Shown: in pieces, positions 29,335 to 38,307 of the stretch | Layout of the letters: each line of letters begins with the position of its first letter | How positions within the stretch are numbered: position 1 is the stretch's first letter | Assembly: GCA_965207885.1 (NCBI GenBank) | Contig: OZ242311.1 | Span: 5,408,001-5,472,000, forward strand | From: Candidatus Latescibacterota bacterium | GTDB taxonomy: Bacteria > Latescibacterota > UBA2968 | DNA length: 64,000 nt | Direction: 5' to 3' | Notes under the pieces: model-generated | The model's database searches: none | Told to the model about the DNA's origin: nothing | The model's input: the letters and a program-made list of their open reading frames with translations, nothing else | Made by a program: the position numbers and the translations under genes

Positions 29335-29466
29335 ATAAATCCTATGTCATTACGGCATGGTTTAAGCCGCCTGTCTGCCAACAGACAGGCAATCCAGAAG
29401 TTTTTAAACCGTCAGTGTGCAAGAATGACGGCAATCTATATGCTGAAAGACTTACGCCACGATACA
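29308..29466. mobile_element. 159 bp MITE/REP-like non-autonomous insertion
   Basis: CTCAG direct repeats at 29303-29307 and 29467-29471; imperfect inverted ends TGCATCTCGGC / GCCACGATACA; nested internal dyads; AT-richer than flanks; removal restores one reading frame. Confidence 0.85.
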
Positions 29467-30116
29467 CTCAGCGAATTCGGCAGGAGGTCTGGCCGACGTG
29501 TGACCAACAGCCGTACAATGCCGACGGAGGCGACGGCTTCAAGAACCGCCAAGGGGATCTGGACAGGGGCAAACCCGAGCAGCACCGCGGCGAAGGTCGT
29601 CGCAGGCGCCGTCACATCGGACAACGCCACGGCAAGCACCGCGGCGTCTGCCACATATACGCTCAGGCCGCCGACGCCACATGCGAAAGCGAGGCGAAAA
29701 GCCCCGTCTATACCGAGCCGCCGGAGCAAAGCCCAAAGCCCAACGGTCGTCAGAGGCCCCAGCAGTCCGAGCGTCAGGGTGTTGACCCCCAGCGTCGTGA
29801 GCCCGCCGTGAGCGAAGAAGACCGCCTGCAGCAAGAGCACGAAGAACGTGGGCCACACGATGCGGCGGACGCCGACAACCAGGGCGAGCACCGGCGTAAG
29901 GCAGATGTGACTGGTTGCGCCCACGACGGGGACTGGTAGCGGTAGCAGAGTGCCGGCAAAGAGCAGGCTCGTGGCGCCCGCCATGATGACCGAGGACGAC
30001 GGTGTGTTGCGTCGCGTTCGTTGCTCTTCACGAAGGCTCCAAAAGACAGTGGGGGCGGCCAGGGCACTCCACGCGATGGCTTGGCTGAGCGGAAGCACAC
30101 CTTCTGATAGATGCAT
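29436..30116 (-). CDS. cbiM: ECF cobalt/nickel S component CbiM; 5' part of the interrupted fusion
   Basis: N-terminal MHLSEG metal motif, TSHIC, LLLQAVFFAHGGLTTLGVN, FAPVQIPLAVLE. Confidence 0.88.
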   Translation of the reverse strand: MHLSEGVLPLSQAIAWSALAAPTVFWSLREEQRTRRNTPSSSVIMAGATSLLFAGTLLPLPVPVVGATSHICLTPVLALVVGVRRIVWPTFFVLLLQAVFFAHGGLTTLGVNTLTLGLLGPLTTVGLWALLRRLGIDGAFRLAFACGVGGLSVYVADAAVLAVALSDVTAPATTFAAVLLGFAPVQIPLAVLEAVASVGIVRLLVTRRPDLLPNSLSVSWRKSFSI

Positions 30117-30550
30117 CAGCCCCCTCCTTGATGTTGATGTGATGCCGCATTGCCACACGCATCACAGGTTCCGAGCAATACCACCTCATGTCCCGTCATC
30201 TGAAACCCGTCTGGAACCAGAGAATCGAGGCCCTCGACGCAACCGAAGAGGTCAAACGCGTGGTCGCAGGTCGAGCAAAGAAAGTGATGGTGATGCTCGC
30301 GGTCCTTGGGCTCGTACCGAACGCCGCGGCCCAACCCCTCGACCGACTCCAGCGTGCCTTCCTCAACACCCCGTTGGAGCGCGCGGTATACCGTGGCGAG
30401 ACCGACACTCTCTCCGCTTCCGCTCAGGCGGCTCCACAGTTCCTTGGCGGATAGGGGGCCGTCCGCTTCGCTAAGGGCTCGCAAGACGGTTAGCTGCTGC
30501 TTCGCTCTTTGCTGCTGCTTCGCTCTCTGTTGTTGATTTACTCTTTGCAT
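30116..30550 (-). CDS. Fur family regulator (Zur/Nur-like)
   Basis: GLATVYRAL, HHHHFLCSTC, GTCDAC; 18 nt tandem repeat (QQQRAK x2) at the N-terminus. Confidence 0.9.
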   Translation of the reverse strand: MQRVNQQQRAKQQQRAKQQLTVLRALSEADGPLSAKELWSRLSGSGESVGLATVYRALQRGVEEGTLESVEGLGRGVRYEPKDREHHHHFLCSTCDHAFDLFGCVEGLDSLVPDGFQMTGHEVVLLGTCDACGNAASHQHQGGG

Positions 30551-30585
30551 GAAGAAATGATAATCAATTCTCACATTACTGTCAA
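30551..30585 (-). promoter_or_regulatory. Leaderless sigma-70 promoter with overlapping Fur/Zur-type box
   Basis: TTGACA, 17 nt, TATCAT, 6 nt, ATG. Dyad TGAGAAT-TG-ATTATCA overlaps the spacer and -10. Confidence 0.75.
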
Positions 30586-30899
30586 GACTTAATGGGTGAC
30601 TACTCCCAACACTAAAGCTGTTGGGTTTTACGGGCTTTTCGGATAAAACCGTACACAACGGGTGCATCAACGACCCGAAATGACGGCAGATGGTTGAGAA
30701 AACAGATCAAACGCAGAAAGGACGATCAAACAACCGGCAGGGAACTGCCTTGAACTGACCTCTGAAAGTCAATCAATGTTCATATTCATTTACAAATATT
30801 TACAGGGAACCCAACCGCCCTTCACAATGTTTAATTTAGACAAATGCCATAAACGGTTATATTTTGACGTGTCTCGGATAGCAAAAAAGGAGTGATCCA

Positions 30900-31688
30900 A
30901 TGCACACCAGATGGTTTTTCCTCTTAGCACTGTTCCTTACTGCCTGCATAGGTCCGTTAGACCCGAACAATTCCGAATACATTGAAATACAAGAAGTAAC
31001 CGTCGGTCCTGCTCTGGCCAGATGCTACGGCGTCGGCGAACAGACCTGCATGATCGTTGACGGCTCATTGTTCTACGACAGCATAGAAGGCTTCAACTTC
31101 GAAGCGGGCTACAACTATCGTCTGCGGATCGGCAAATACGATCCCTATAATGGAGAAGAACCCCCGCAGGATGCTGGCCAATACAGTTATCGCCTGCTGG
31201 AACAAATAGAAAAAACCCCTGCGCCATCCACTCCGACAACCTTATCTGTGGGACCGACGCGGGTAAAATGCGAGCAAAGGGACGACTTTTGCCTGCTGAT
31301 TAACGGTGCGTCATACTACGACATCATCACCGACTTTGAGTACGAAGCCGGGTATCACTATACCCTCAATGCAAACCAATACAGCGATGGCCGATATGTA
31401 TTGACTGAAATAGCCTCAAAAACCGAAGTAACGGGCACAGAAGAAGAAATAACCGTAGGACCACACAGAACCTCATGCGGCGACAACGACTCCGTGTACT
31501 GCAACGTCATCAATGGCGAAGCCTCCCGCAGTGAAATCGTGAACTTCCAGCCCCGGCACAACTACAGCTACCGTCTGCGAGTCGAACGATTCGACATGTT
31601 TACCAACAACACAACCCCGCCGTCATCCAACATCCCAACCTACGGCTATCGCTGGCTGGAAACACTCGAGCAAAACACCAATAATTGA
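30900..31688 (+). CDS. Lipoprotein with three DUF4377-like repeats
   Basis: Lipobox LTAC; three units of the form TVGP-x3-C...C...I..F.(Y/F)EAGY.Y.L. Confidence 0.8.
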   Translation: MHTRWFFLLALFLTACIGPLDPNNSEYIEIQEVTVGPALARCYGVGEQTCMIVDGSLFYDSIEGFNFEAGYNYRLRIGKYDPYNGEEPPQDAGQYSYRLLEQIEKTPAPSTPTTLSVGPTRVKCEQRDDFCLLINGASYYDIITDFEYEAGYHYTLNANQYSDGRYVLTEIASKTEVTGTEEEITVGPHRTSCGDNDSVYCNVINGEASRSEIVNFQPRHNYSYRLRVERFDMFTNNTTPPSSNIPTYGYRWLETLEQNTNN

Positions 31689-31693
31689 AGTCC

Positions 31694-32773
31694 CTACGAA
31701 AACGCCTGACTCAAATTCTTGCGATGCAGAACGAACCAGATCACAATCGGTGCGCCAATCAGGGACGTCACCGCATTCAGCGGCAAAACAAATTGACTAC
31801 CCGGCAAATGGGCGATCAGATCAGATAGCAGTGCCAGCGTCGCCCCCAAGCAAGTGACCGCAGGCATAAGCACGCGGTGATCCGACGTATGCAACAGACT
31901 GCGGCAAAGATGCGGCACAGCCAGACCCAAAAACGCAATCGGACCGCAAAAAGCAGTCGTTGCGCCCGCCAGAATCGACGCGCTGATCAAAATCCACAAG
32001 CGAATGCGCTTGACATTCAAACCCATACTGCGCGCATAATTTTCCCCCAGCAACAGTGCATTGAGCGGTTTAATACACAAAAACGCCAGCAAAAGACCCA
32101 GAAAAATTGCACAGATAAGCACAGGCATTTGTCGCCATGTCACACTCCCAAAACTGCCAAAAGTCCACAAAATGTACGACTGTATCTGTTCGGGAACGCT
32201 AAAATAAATCAGAATACTGACAAAAGCCCCCGTCGCATATCCAAACATCAGCCCCAAAATCAGCAACGTCATCACACTCTGCACACTGCGAGAAACCAGC
32301 AACACGCATCCCAGCACAGCGGCTGCACCCATAATAGCCGCAACCGCCAAACCCAAATCGCCCAGGAACCCCAACCCCGCGATAAGCGCACTACCCACCG
32401 ACCCTACTGTCAGCACCACAATAGCAACGCCGAGACTCGCGCCGGCACTGATACCCAGCACAAAAGGATCCGCCAGCGGATTGCGAAAAAGCGTTTGCAT
32501 CTGCAACCCACTCACAGAAAGCGCAGCACCTGCCAGCACAGCGGTAATCGCCTTGGGCAATCGAATCGTATGAACAATAATTGCCCACGCCGCAGAAGAC
32601 ACCTCTCCACCCGTAAGAATGCCGAACAAGGCCACCAATGGAATATGAACCGACCCCAGCGACAAACTCAAACCGAACGCGATCAGAAGCAACAAAAATA
32701 ACCCCAGCATAATAACCGCGTGCCGCGATCCCCTCTGCGCATCATCCTTATATTGAACCTCCATCCCGATCAT
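31694..32773 (-). CDS. btuC: FecCD/BtuC family ABC permease
   Basis: IRLPK, QTLFRNPLADPFVLGISAGA, LGENYARSMG, GPIAFLGLAVPH; in the B12 operon. Confidence 0.85.
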   Translation of the reverse strand: MIGMEVQYKDDAQRGSRHAVIMLGLFLLLLIAFGLSLSLGSVHIPLVALFGILTGGEVSSAAWAIIVHTIRLPKAITAVLAGAALSVSGLQMQTLFRNPLADPFVLGISAGASLGVAIVVLTVGSVGSALIAGLGFLGDLGLAVAAIMGAAAVLGCVLLVSRSVQSVMTLLILGLMFGYATGAFVSILIYFSVPEQIQSYILWTFGSFGSVTWRQMPVLICAIFLGLLLAFLCIKPLNALLLGENYARSMGLNVKRIRLWILISASILAGATTAFCGPIAFLGLAVPHLCRSLLHTSDHRVLMPAVTCLGATLALLSDLIAHLPGSQFVLPLNAVTSLIGAPIVIWFVLHRKNLSQAFS

Positions 32774-32777
32774 TCTC

Positions 32778-33776
32778 TCATCCCCTTAGTCCCGCAATCA
32801 AATCGGCAATCGAATCGTATTCCCTAACCACGCCACCGCGCTCAACACACCAGGCATCCCCTTCCCGAATATCGACACGCCACTCAGCCCCCGCATCTCC
32901 CACTTGAAACCCGGCTCTCTCCAGCGCGCGTATTGTCCAATACGCGCGCCGTCCTTCCCCAGACACTGCAACTGGGGCGTGACCGCGTTGTGCATTGAGC
33001 TTAAACGCACCCGTATCCGCGTCAAAATGCACGCCATCACTCTGAAACGCATCTTCAAAAGCGCCATTGAGAATTAAATCCTCAGGCGCACCGGTCTGCA
33101 ACGCACCCTCAAAAGGCAAAAGATAAATACGGTCTGCACAGCGCAGTGCCAAATCCAAATCGTGCGTCGAAAGCAAAATCGCCTTACCCGTAGAATGTGC
33201 CAGATCCTGCAACAAAGCCATAATCTCAGCGCGGCGGGGCAGATCGAGAAAAGCCGTAGGTTCATCCAGAATCATAAGATCGGGCTGCTGCGCCAGCGCG
33301 CGTGCAATCATAACCTTTTGGCGCTCGCCATCGCTGAGTTCAGCCACATTGCGATATGTCAGATCCTCAGCGCGGGCTGCCCGAATAGCCCAGGAAACAA
33401 CCCATTCATCTTCCTCTGTAAAGCGCCCGATCCAATCCGTATGGGGATATCGCCCCAGACCGACCAGATCGCGCACAGCCATAATACCAACACCAATGCG
33501 ATCCGTCAGCACCACGCTGATCACCTGGGCAACCTCAGTAGCTGACATATCCGCAATATCCCGCCCCATAAGATAAACATGTCCATCGAGCGGCGGCTGC
33601 ATCCCCACAAGCGTGCGAATAAGCGTGGATTTGCCCGCACCATTGGGACCCAGCAAACACACAAACTCACCGCGATGAAGCGACACATCTATATCGCAAG
33701 CCACAATGCGAGGCGGACGACGGCCGTATTTGTAACCCACAGCGAGATTTTGTGTTTTGAGAATGGCTTCAGCCAC
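32778..33776 (-). CDS. btuD: Cobalamin/iron-chelate ABC ATP-binding protein
   Basis: GPNGAGKST, LSDGERQK, LDEPT, STHD. Confidence 0.85.
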   Translation of the reverse strand: MAEAILKTQNLAVGYKYGRRPPRIVACDIDVSLHRGEFVCLLGPNGAGKSTLIRTLVGMQPPLDGHVYLMGRDIADMSATEVAQVISVVLTDRIGVGIMAVRDLVGLGRYPHTDWIGRFTEEDEWVVSWAIRAARAEDLTYRNVAELSDGERQKVMIARALAQQPDLMILDEPTAFLDLPRRAEIMALLQDLAHSTGKAILLSTHDLDLALRCADRIYLLPFEGALQTGAPEDLILNGAFEDAFQSDGVHFDADTGAFKLNAQRGHAPVAVSGEGRRAYWTIRALERAGFQVGDAGAEWRVDIREGDAWCVERGGVVREYDSIADLIAGLRG

Positions 33777-33800
33777 CGCGCACCTCTGGAATTAAAACTA

Positions 33801-34052
33801 TCATTTCAAAAGCCCAAGACGCTTAAGGTCTTCCTCTCCCCACTGAACTTGTCGCTCAATGATTGATTTGAGCGTACCGACAGCAAAGGTCTGATTCATA
33901 TTGTGGAGATGAATAGTCGTCATTCTCCCATCTGGGTGAACAAAAAAACGGGTCGCGCCTTTTCTTCTGTATTCACGGAACCCGTCTCTTGTTATTGCTC
34001 GTATCAATCTGCGTGCTGTCAATGAACGAAGCCTGCTATAATCAATCGCCAT
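33801..34052 (-). CDS. hicA: HicA family toxin with the canonical GSH replaced by GAT
   Basis: LTARRLIRAITRDGF...KGATRFFVHPDGR...GTLKSII; adjacent to hicB. Confidence 0.8.
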   Translation of the reverse strand: MAIDYSRLRSLTARRLIRAITRDGFREYRRKGATRFFVHPDGRMTTIHLHNMNQTFAVGTLKSIIERQVQWGEEDLKRLGLLK

Positions 34053-34053
34053 A

Positions 34054-34323
34054 TTAGATAGCTACAGTGACCAGAGGAACATCGCTAACCTGAATCTGCG
34101 AAGAAGGCTCAGAAGGGATCTCTTCTCCATTCTCCAGCAGATACGCAACAAGAAGATCAACAGCGTTTTCCAAATTCTCTAACGCCTCTTTCTCGGTATA
34201 TCCCCAACTCGCAGCCCCTCTATGCTCCAACGCGGGAATATAAGCCCTCCACACCGCTTTCGCATCCGGCTCATCGGGCCACTTGTCTCTCTCCAAGACA
34301 GCCTTAAATAAATATGTTTTCAT
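34054..34323 (-). CDS. hicB: HicB family antitoxin, short form
   Basis: AYIPAL..GAASWGYTEKEALENL..AVDL....GEEIP. Confidence 0.85.
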   Translation of the reverse strand: MKTYLFKAVLERDKWPDEPDAKAVWRAYIPALEHRGAASWGYTEKEALENLENAVDLLVAYLLENGEEIPSEPSSQIQVSDVPLVTVAI

Positions 34324-34398
34324 ATATTTTTCCTCAGAATGATTATTCCACGTAACCAGTTCATTGGAGATTACTGAAAAAAAAATAGGTGTGTGACC

Positions 34399-35352
34399 TC
34401 AGAAAGTCAATAAAACCACCAGCCCTGTCGCGAGCAAACAGGTAACAATAACAAAAGCACACATACGGCGCATATCCCCGGATTGACCGCCCTCTGGATC
34501 ATCCACATCGCCCAACCACACATCTGTAACCAGCGTCCCTCCCTGCCAAACAGGACCGACCAATCGCCTCTGCAAAGCGCCTGCAGCCGCGGCTTCGCTC
34601 CACCCGGAATTTGGACCCGGAACAAGCGCGTGTTGTCGCCACCCGATAAGCAATGCCTTGCGGGCAGAACATCCGGGCATAAAAAACGCCACCAGCACCA
34701 TCCCCAAATACGTCAAACGCGCCGGAATAAAATTAAGCACATCGTCCAGCCGCGCCCCACACCAGCCAAAATAGCGATATTGCGGCGTCTTAAACCCCAC
34801 CATAGAATCCATCGTACTGACCACCTTAAAAAGCACAACACCCGGCAACCCCAGTATAGCGTACCAAAAAACGGGCGACACAAAACCATCCACAGCATTC
34901 TCGCTCAAACTCTCCATACCCGCACGCCGGCAAGCCGCAAAATCCATCACATCGGTATCGCGTCCCACAAGCATAGACGCCGCCTCTCTCGCACGCTCCA
35001 GATCAGTAGCGCGATCAATCGCCAACCCGTGCTTGCACAAATCTTTGAGCGCAAGCATACTGTACAAAACAAAAACCTGGAAAATCCAACCCACCCCAGA
35101 TTGGACATCATGCAACACACAAGCCAATACACAGACAACACCCACCCAAAACGCAGCCAGCAACAAAAACAGCAAACACCCACCTGCATAACCATCCAAA
35201 CGCAGACCGCGAAGCACCCGCTCAAAAAAAGACAGCGTCGCACCCATCAAACGAATGGGATGCAACGCATAAACAGGATCGCCAAAAAGACCATCTAAAA
35301 CGACCGCGCAAAGAAGCAAAATCGGATCCGGTTCGAGAACTGTCACGTCCAT
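34399..35352 (-). CDS. cbiB: Adenosylcobinamide-phosphate synthase
   Basis: GDP...HP, LVGRDT, ESLSEN..DG, STMDSMVG, ARLDDVLNFIPARL, PNSGWSEA. Confidence 0.92.
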   Translation of the reverse strand: MDVTVLEPDPILLLCAVVLDGLFGDPVYALHPIRLMGATLSFFERVLRGLRLDGYAGGCLLFLLLAAFWVGVVCVLACVLHDVQSGVGWIFQVFVLYSMLALKDLCKHGLAIDRATDLERAREAASMLVGRDTDVMDFAACRRAGMESLSENAVDGFVSPVFWYAILGLPGVVLFKVVSTMDSMVGFKTPQYRYFGWCGARLDDVLNFIPARLTYLGMVLVAFFMPGCSARKALLIGWRQHALVPGPNSGWSEAAAAGALQRRLVGPVWQGGTLVTDVWLGDVDDPEGGQSGDMRRMCAFVIVTCLLATGLVVLLTF

Positions 35353-36461
35353 TTCAAACGCCATCCAAGCGCGAATGCATCGTAAACAACCTCCAAAAAT
35401 GCGTTTTCTTCCACGCGCAACTGCTCGTAACACGACAACCAGACATCTGGTCTCGCCGCCAACGAAGTCGCCAATATCGCTGCCTGCTGACGCAACACTG
35501 GATCTGCCAGAGCATGTGAAAGCGTCCCATACCGCACCCGGTCCCAAACCGCTGCAAACCCATAAGCCGCCGCCGAAACGCGCGGTTCGTAAACAACAGA
35601 CTTGAGATTCTTCTTCAACAACGCAAAATCACCCGCTTTTAGCCGTCTCTCCATCGCCTGCAAAAAACGGTCCTCTCTAAATCCAAACCGCTTCAACGCG
35701 TGAAAAACACTACGCGTATAAGACCCTTCCAAACCGTTTTGCCATCGCAGTGCCTCCAGCGTGGCCCTGCGCACAGACTTGCCGATCAACTCGCCCAATT
35801 TTGCGTGATGCCCCGCATTGGTCTTGGACACCCGTGTCTTGTCCAAAGGCGCGGCAATACAGTACTGGTCTGTACCAGTACCCGTTGCGAGATCCTGAGA
35901 ATAGCGACTCGAAACAGCGAGATCTCGAAGCGCGGCAGACTTTCCCTCGGTCATCGTCACCACCGCCCGCGCCATCGCCCCTGGCGTAAGCGGCCAATTG
36001 ATAAACACCATCGCATTGATCGTACCTTCATGAAGATGGCGCCACCCGGCATCCTCTTCGTGCCAACTCGCCCCATCGCCCGCACACCCCGCATTGCCCT
36101 CAACACCTGCGGTAACAACTGCACACACGCGCAACTCGGCATGCGTATCCACAACGCGAGCCGCATAATGCATATTCGCAGCCGTACCCATCAGCGCAAC
36201 CGCGTCCGGCGGCAAACCGCGTTCTGCACAGACATGGCGATGATAGCCCACCTCACCCAGTTGCTTAATCAACGCAAACCGCGCATCGTGCCCATTGCCC
36301 TCACAACTCTGGTGATTCACCAGATATCGGATACCCTCGCACAAACCACCGCGATATGCCGACGTACTCAGCACCTGATGCGGCACCAGTAATTCCGCGA
36401 TCAAAAAACGCCCATCGCGCTTCAAATCGTAATATTCATGCCGATCGATAAACTCATCCAT
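35343..36461 (-). CDS. cbiZ: Adenosylcobinamide amidohydrolase
   Basis: MGTAANM, VTAGVEGNA, GTINAMV, TEGKS, ATGTGTD, GHHAKLGE. Confidence 0.88.
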   Translation of the reverse strand: MDEFIDRHEYYDLKRDGRFLIAELLVPHQVLSTSAYRGGLCEGIRYLVNHQSCEGNGHDARFALIKQLGEVGYHRHVCAERGLPPDAVALMGTAANMHYAARVVDTHAELRVCAVVTAGVEGNAGCAGDGASWHEEDAGWRHLHEGTINAMVFINWPLTPGAMARAVVTMTEGKSAALRDLAVSSRYSQDLATGTGTDQYCIAAPLDKTRVSKTNAGHHAKLGELIGKSVRRATLEALRWQNGLEGSYTRSVFHALKRFGFREDRFLQAMERRLKAGDFALLKKNLKSVVYEPRVSAAAYGFAAVWDRVRYGTLSHALADPVLRQQAAILATSLAARPDVWLSCYEQLRVEENAFLEVVYDAFALGWRLKWT

Positions 36462-36462
36462 C

Positions 36463-37014
36463 TCAAAAATCAATCCCGGGTTGCGCAACAATACCCTGAT
36501 CACTGAACGGATGCTTAACCTCGCGCATCTCTGTCACCATATCGGCAAAATCAACCAACGTATCGGGCGCATCCCGCCCCGTAATAATCACATGCAACAT
36601 CTCGGGCTTATGCTCCCGCAGCCAATCCACCACCTCTGTTGCATCCAACCATCCAAAAGCCATCAAATACGTAAACTCATCCAGAATAAACAGATCGTAA
36701 TCTCCACTTACAATTCGCTCCTGCGCCACCTCCCAACCGCGCAATGCCCGAGCCTGTGACTCATCGATATCCTTGCTCGTCCACGTCCATCCATCGCCCG
36801 TACCAATCCAATCGATCTCCATGCGCCTGGCCGCGCGAATCTCGCCAAAATTGGCATTCTCGTGCTTCAAAAACTGAATCACGCCCACACGCATCTTGCG
36901 CCCCCATGCGCGGGTCATCACCCCCAGTGCCGCCGTGGTCTTGCCCTTGCCATCTCCGGTATTGACCATCACCAGACCCTTTTTCACATGCCGTTTTCGT
37001 TGTCTGGTACTCAT
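36463..37014 (-). CDS. cobO: Corrinoid adenosyltransferase (CobO/BtuR)
   Basis: [34 protein letters not shown]. Confidence 0.93.
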   Translation of the reverse strand: MSTRQRKRHVKKGLVMVNTGDGKGKTTAALGVMTRAWGRKMRVGVIQFLKHENANFGEIRAARRMEIDWIGTGDGWTWTSKDIDESQARALRGWEVAQERIVSGDYDLFILDEFTYLMAFGWLDATEVVDWLREHKPEMLHVIITGRDAPDTLVDFADMVTEMREVKHPFSDQGIVAQPGIDF

Positions 37015-37048
37015 ACAAACCTCTCTTTTGAACGCGGATACAGGCTTT

Positions 37049-38281
37049 TTATTCCCCTTCAAATTCCGAAACAAAAATCAGAAAATCGGGAAAATCGACC
37101 GAACCATTGCCATCCAAATCGAACATAGCATCACTCGCTGCTTTCCCAAACGCGGAAGCAAAAGCCAAAAAATCGCTAAAATCAACCACACAATCGCCAT
37201 TAAAATCAGCCACACTGCCCACAAACGCAATACCCGAAGGCGGTAGTCCCGTATTGATCGGACCAGCCACAAGCGCATCCGTCTTCACATCATAAACCCG
37301 CACCCCCGCAGATGTCGGATCCACAAAACTCCCTCGATCCAAAACGTACAACCGTCCTCCAAATACTCCCAGACTCGGCACAAATCCGCCTGAAAGACCA
37401 CTCAAACCCGACGATACAGACTGCATCGCCAAATCAAATCGTTTGACAATATTGGCAAAATTTACATCTAAAACAACGACATACCCCTCGTCATCGGAAA
37501 CCATCGCCAGAGAACTCAGATTGCCGCCCAAAGCCATCTCACCAAGAACAACGCCATCGCTCCTCAAATTTGCCAGATCAATCACCTCAATCCCACCATC
37601 CGTCAAATCATCGAACGTATTGACCGCGCTCAAAAACCACTTATTTCCTCTCTGCACAGCGCCCGCGGGATTCTTACCCACCATCACAATCCCCTGCACA
37701 CCCGCTGTATTTGCATCCACATCCACCACCTGATCCGTCATCACATCAACAACCGCAATCACCGAAACATCCGTCGGCACCCACCCATTATCTCGATCCA
37801 GCCGCTGACACGCGGCAAACAAATGATTGCCGTACAACGCGAGTTGAGATACTTCGGGCAAACCATCCGCATCCGCAAAACCCGATAAATCCACCGCACC
37901 CAATGAATCCCCCGTAACGGGATTTACAATCAGCAATTGCGTGCGCTCATACCGCGAAATATACGCTTTCTCCTCGCTGACAAAAACCATATCGTGCGGA
38001 TTTGAACCATTGCCCGTCGAATACTGCGTCAAAGGCATCTTCAGATCACTGCGATTCAAAACAATCACATTATCCTGTCCCAGACGATTGATAATATACA
38101 CCTTATCCCGATACGTCCGCACCGCTGCATCCGAATGAATAGTCAGATGATCCTGCGTTGCCGTATTTGTATTGAGATCCAGACTCGAAAAACTACCACT
38201 GCTATAATCCGTCGTCGTAATAACCGCTTGATTTGCCAGTACATCTGTTGCAAAAAACAGAACGACTAAAAACCACCTCAT
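37049..38281 (-). CDS. Secreted beta-propeller (YncE/BtuG-like) with C-terminal EF-hand/dockerin-like domain
   Basis: Signal peptide; propeller-like units [25 protein letters not shown]; C-terminal [14 protein letters not shown]...[13 protein letters not shown]. Confidence 0.75.
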   Translation of the reverse strand: MRWFLVVLFFATDVLANQAVITTTDYSSGSFSSLDLNTNTATQDHLTIHSDAAVRTYRDKVYIINRLGQDNVIVLNRSDLKMPLTQYSTGNGSNPHDMVFVSEEKAYISRYERTQLLIVNPVTGDSLGAVDLSGFADADGLPEVSQLALYGNHLFAACQRLDRDNGWVPTDVSVIAVVDVMTDQVVDVDANTAGVQGIVMVGKNPAGAVQRGNKWFLSAVNTFDDLTDGGIEVIDLANLRSDGVVLGEMALGGNLSSLAMVSDDEGYVVVLDVNFANIVKRFDLAMQSVSSGLSGLSGGFVPSLGVFGGRLYVLDRGSFVDPTSAGVRVYDVKTDALVAGPINTGLPPSGIAFVGSVADFNGDCVVDFSDFLAFASAFGKAASDAMFDLDGNGSVDFPDFLIFVSEFEGE

Positions 38282-38307
38282 TACATCCTCCTATGTTAAA
38301 AATTTAT

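Larger units (their letters stand above)
23930..30600. other. GC-rich, probably horizontally acquired metal-homeostasis block
   Basis: Abrupt visible shift to G/C-ending codons relative to both flanks. No integrase or att site found; boundaries are approximate. Confidence 0.65.

Noticed and set aside
23991-29939. Long plus-strand ORFs (312, 467, 395 and 210 aa) in the GC-rich block
   Set aside because: Antisense shadows of well-supported minus-strand genes; stops are scarce in high-GC DNA and no motifs are present.
30600-30890. Possible att site or integrase remnant at the edge of the GC-rich block
   Set aside because: No direct repeat matching the left edge, no tRNA and no recombinase fragment found by eye.
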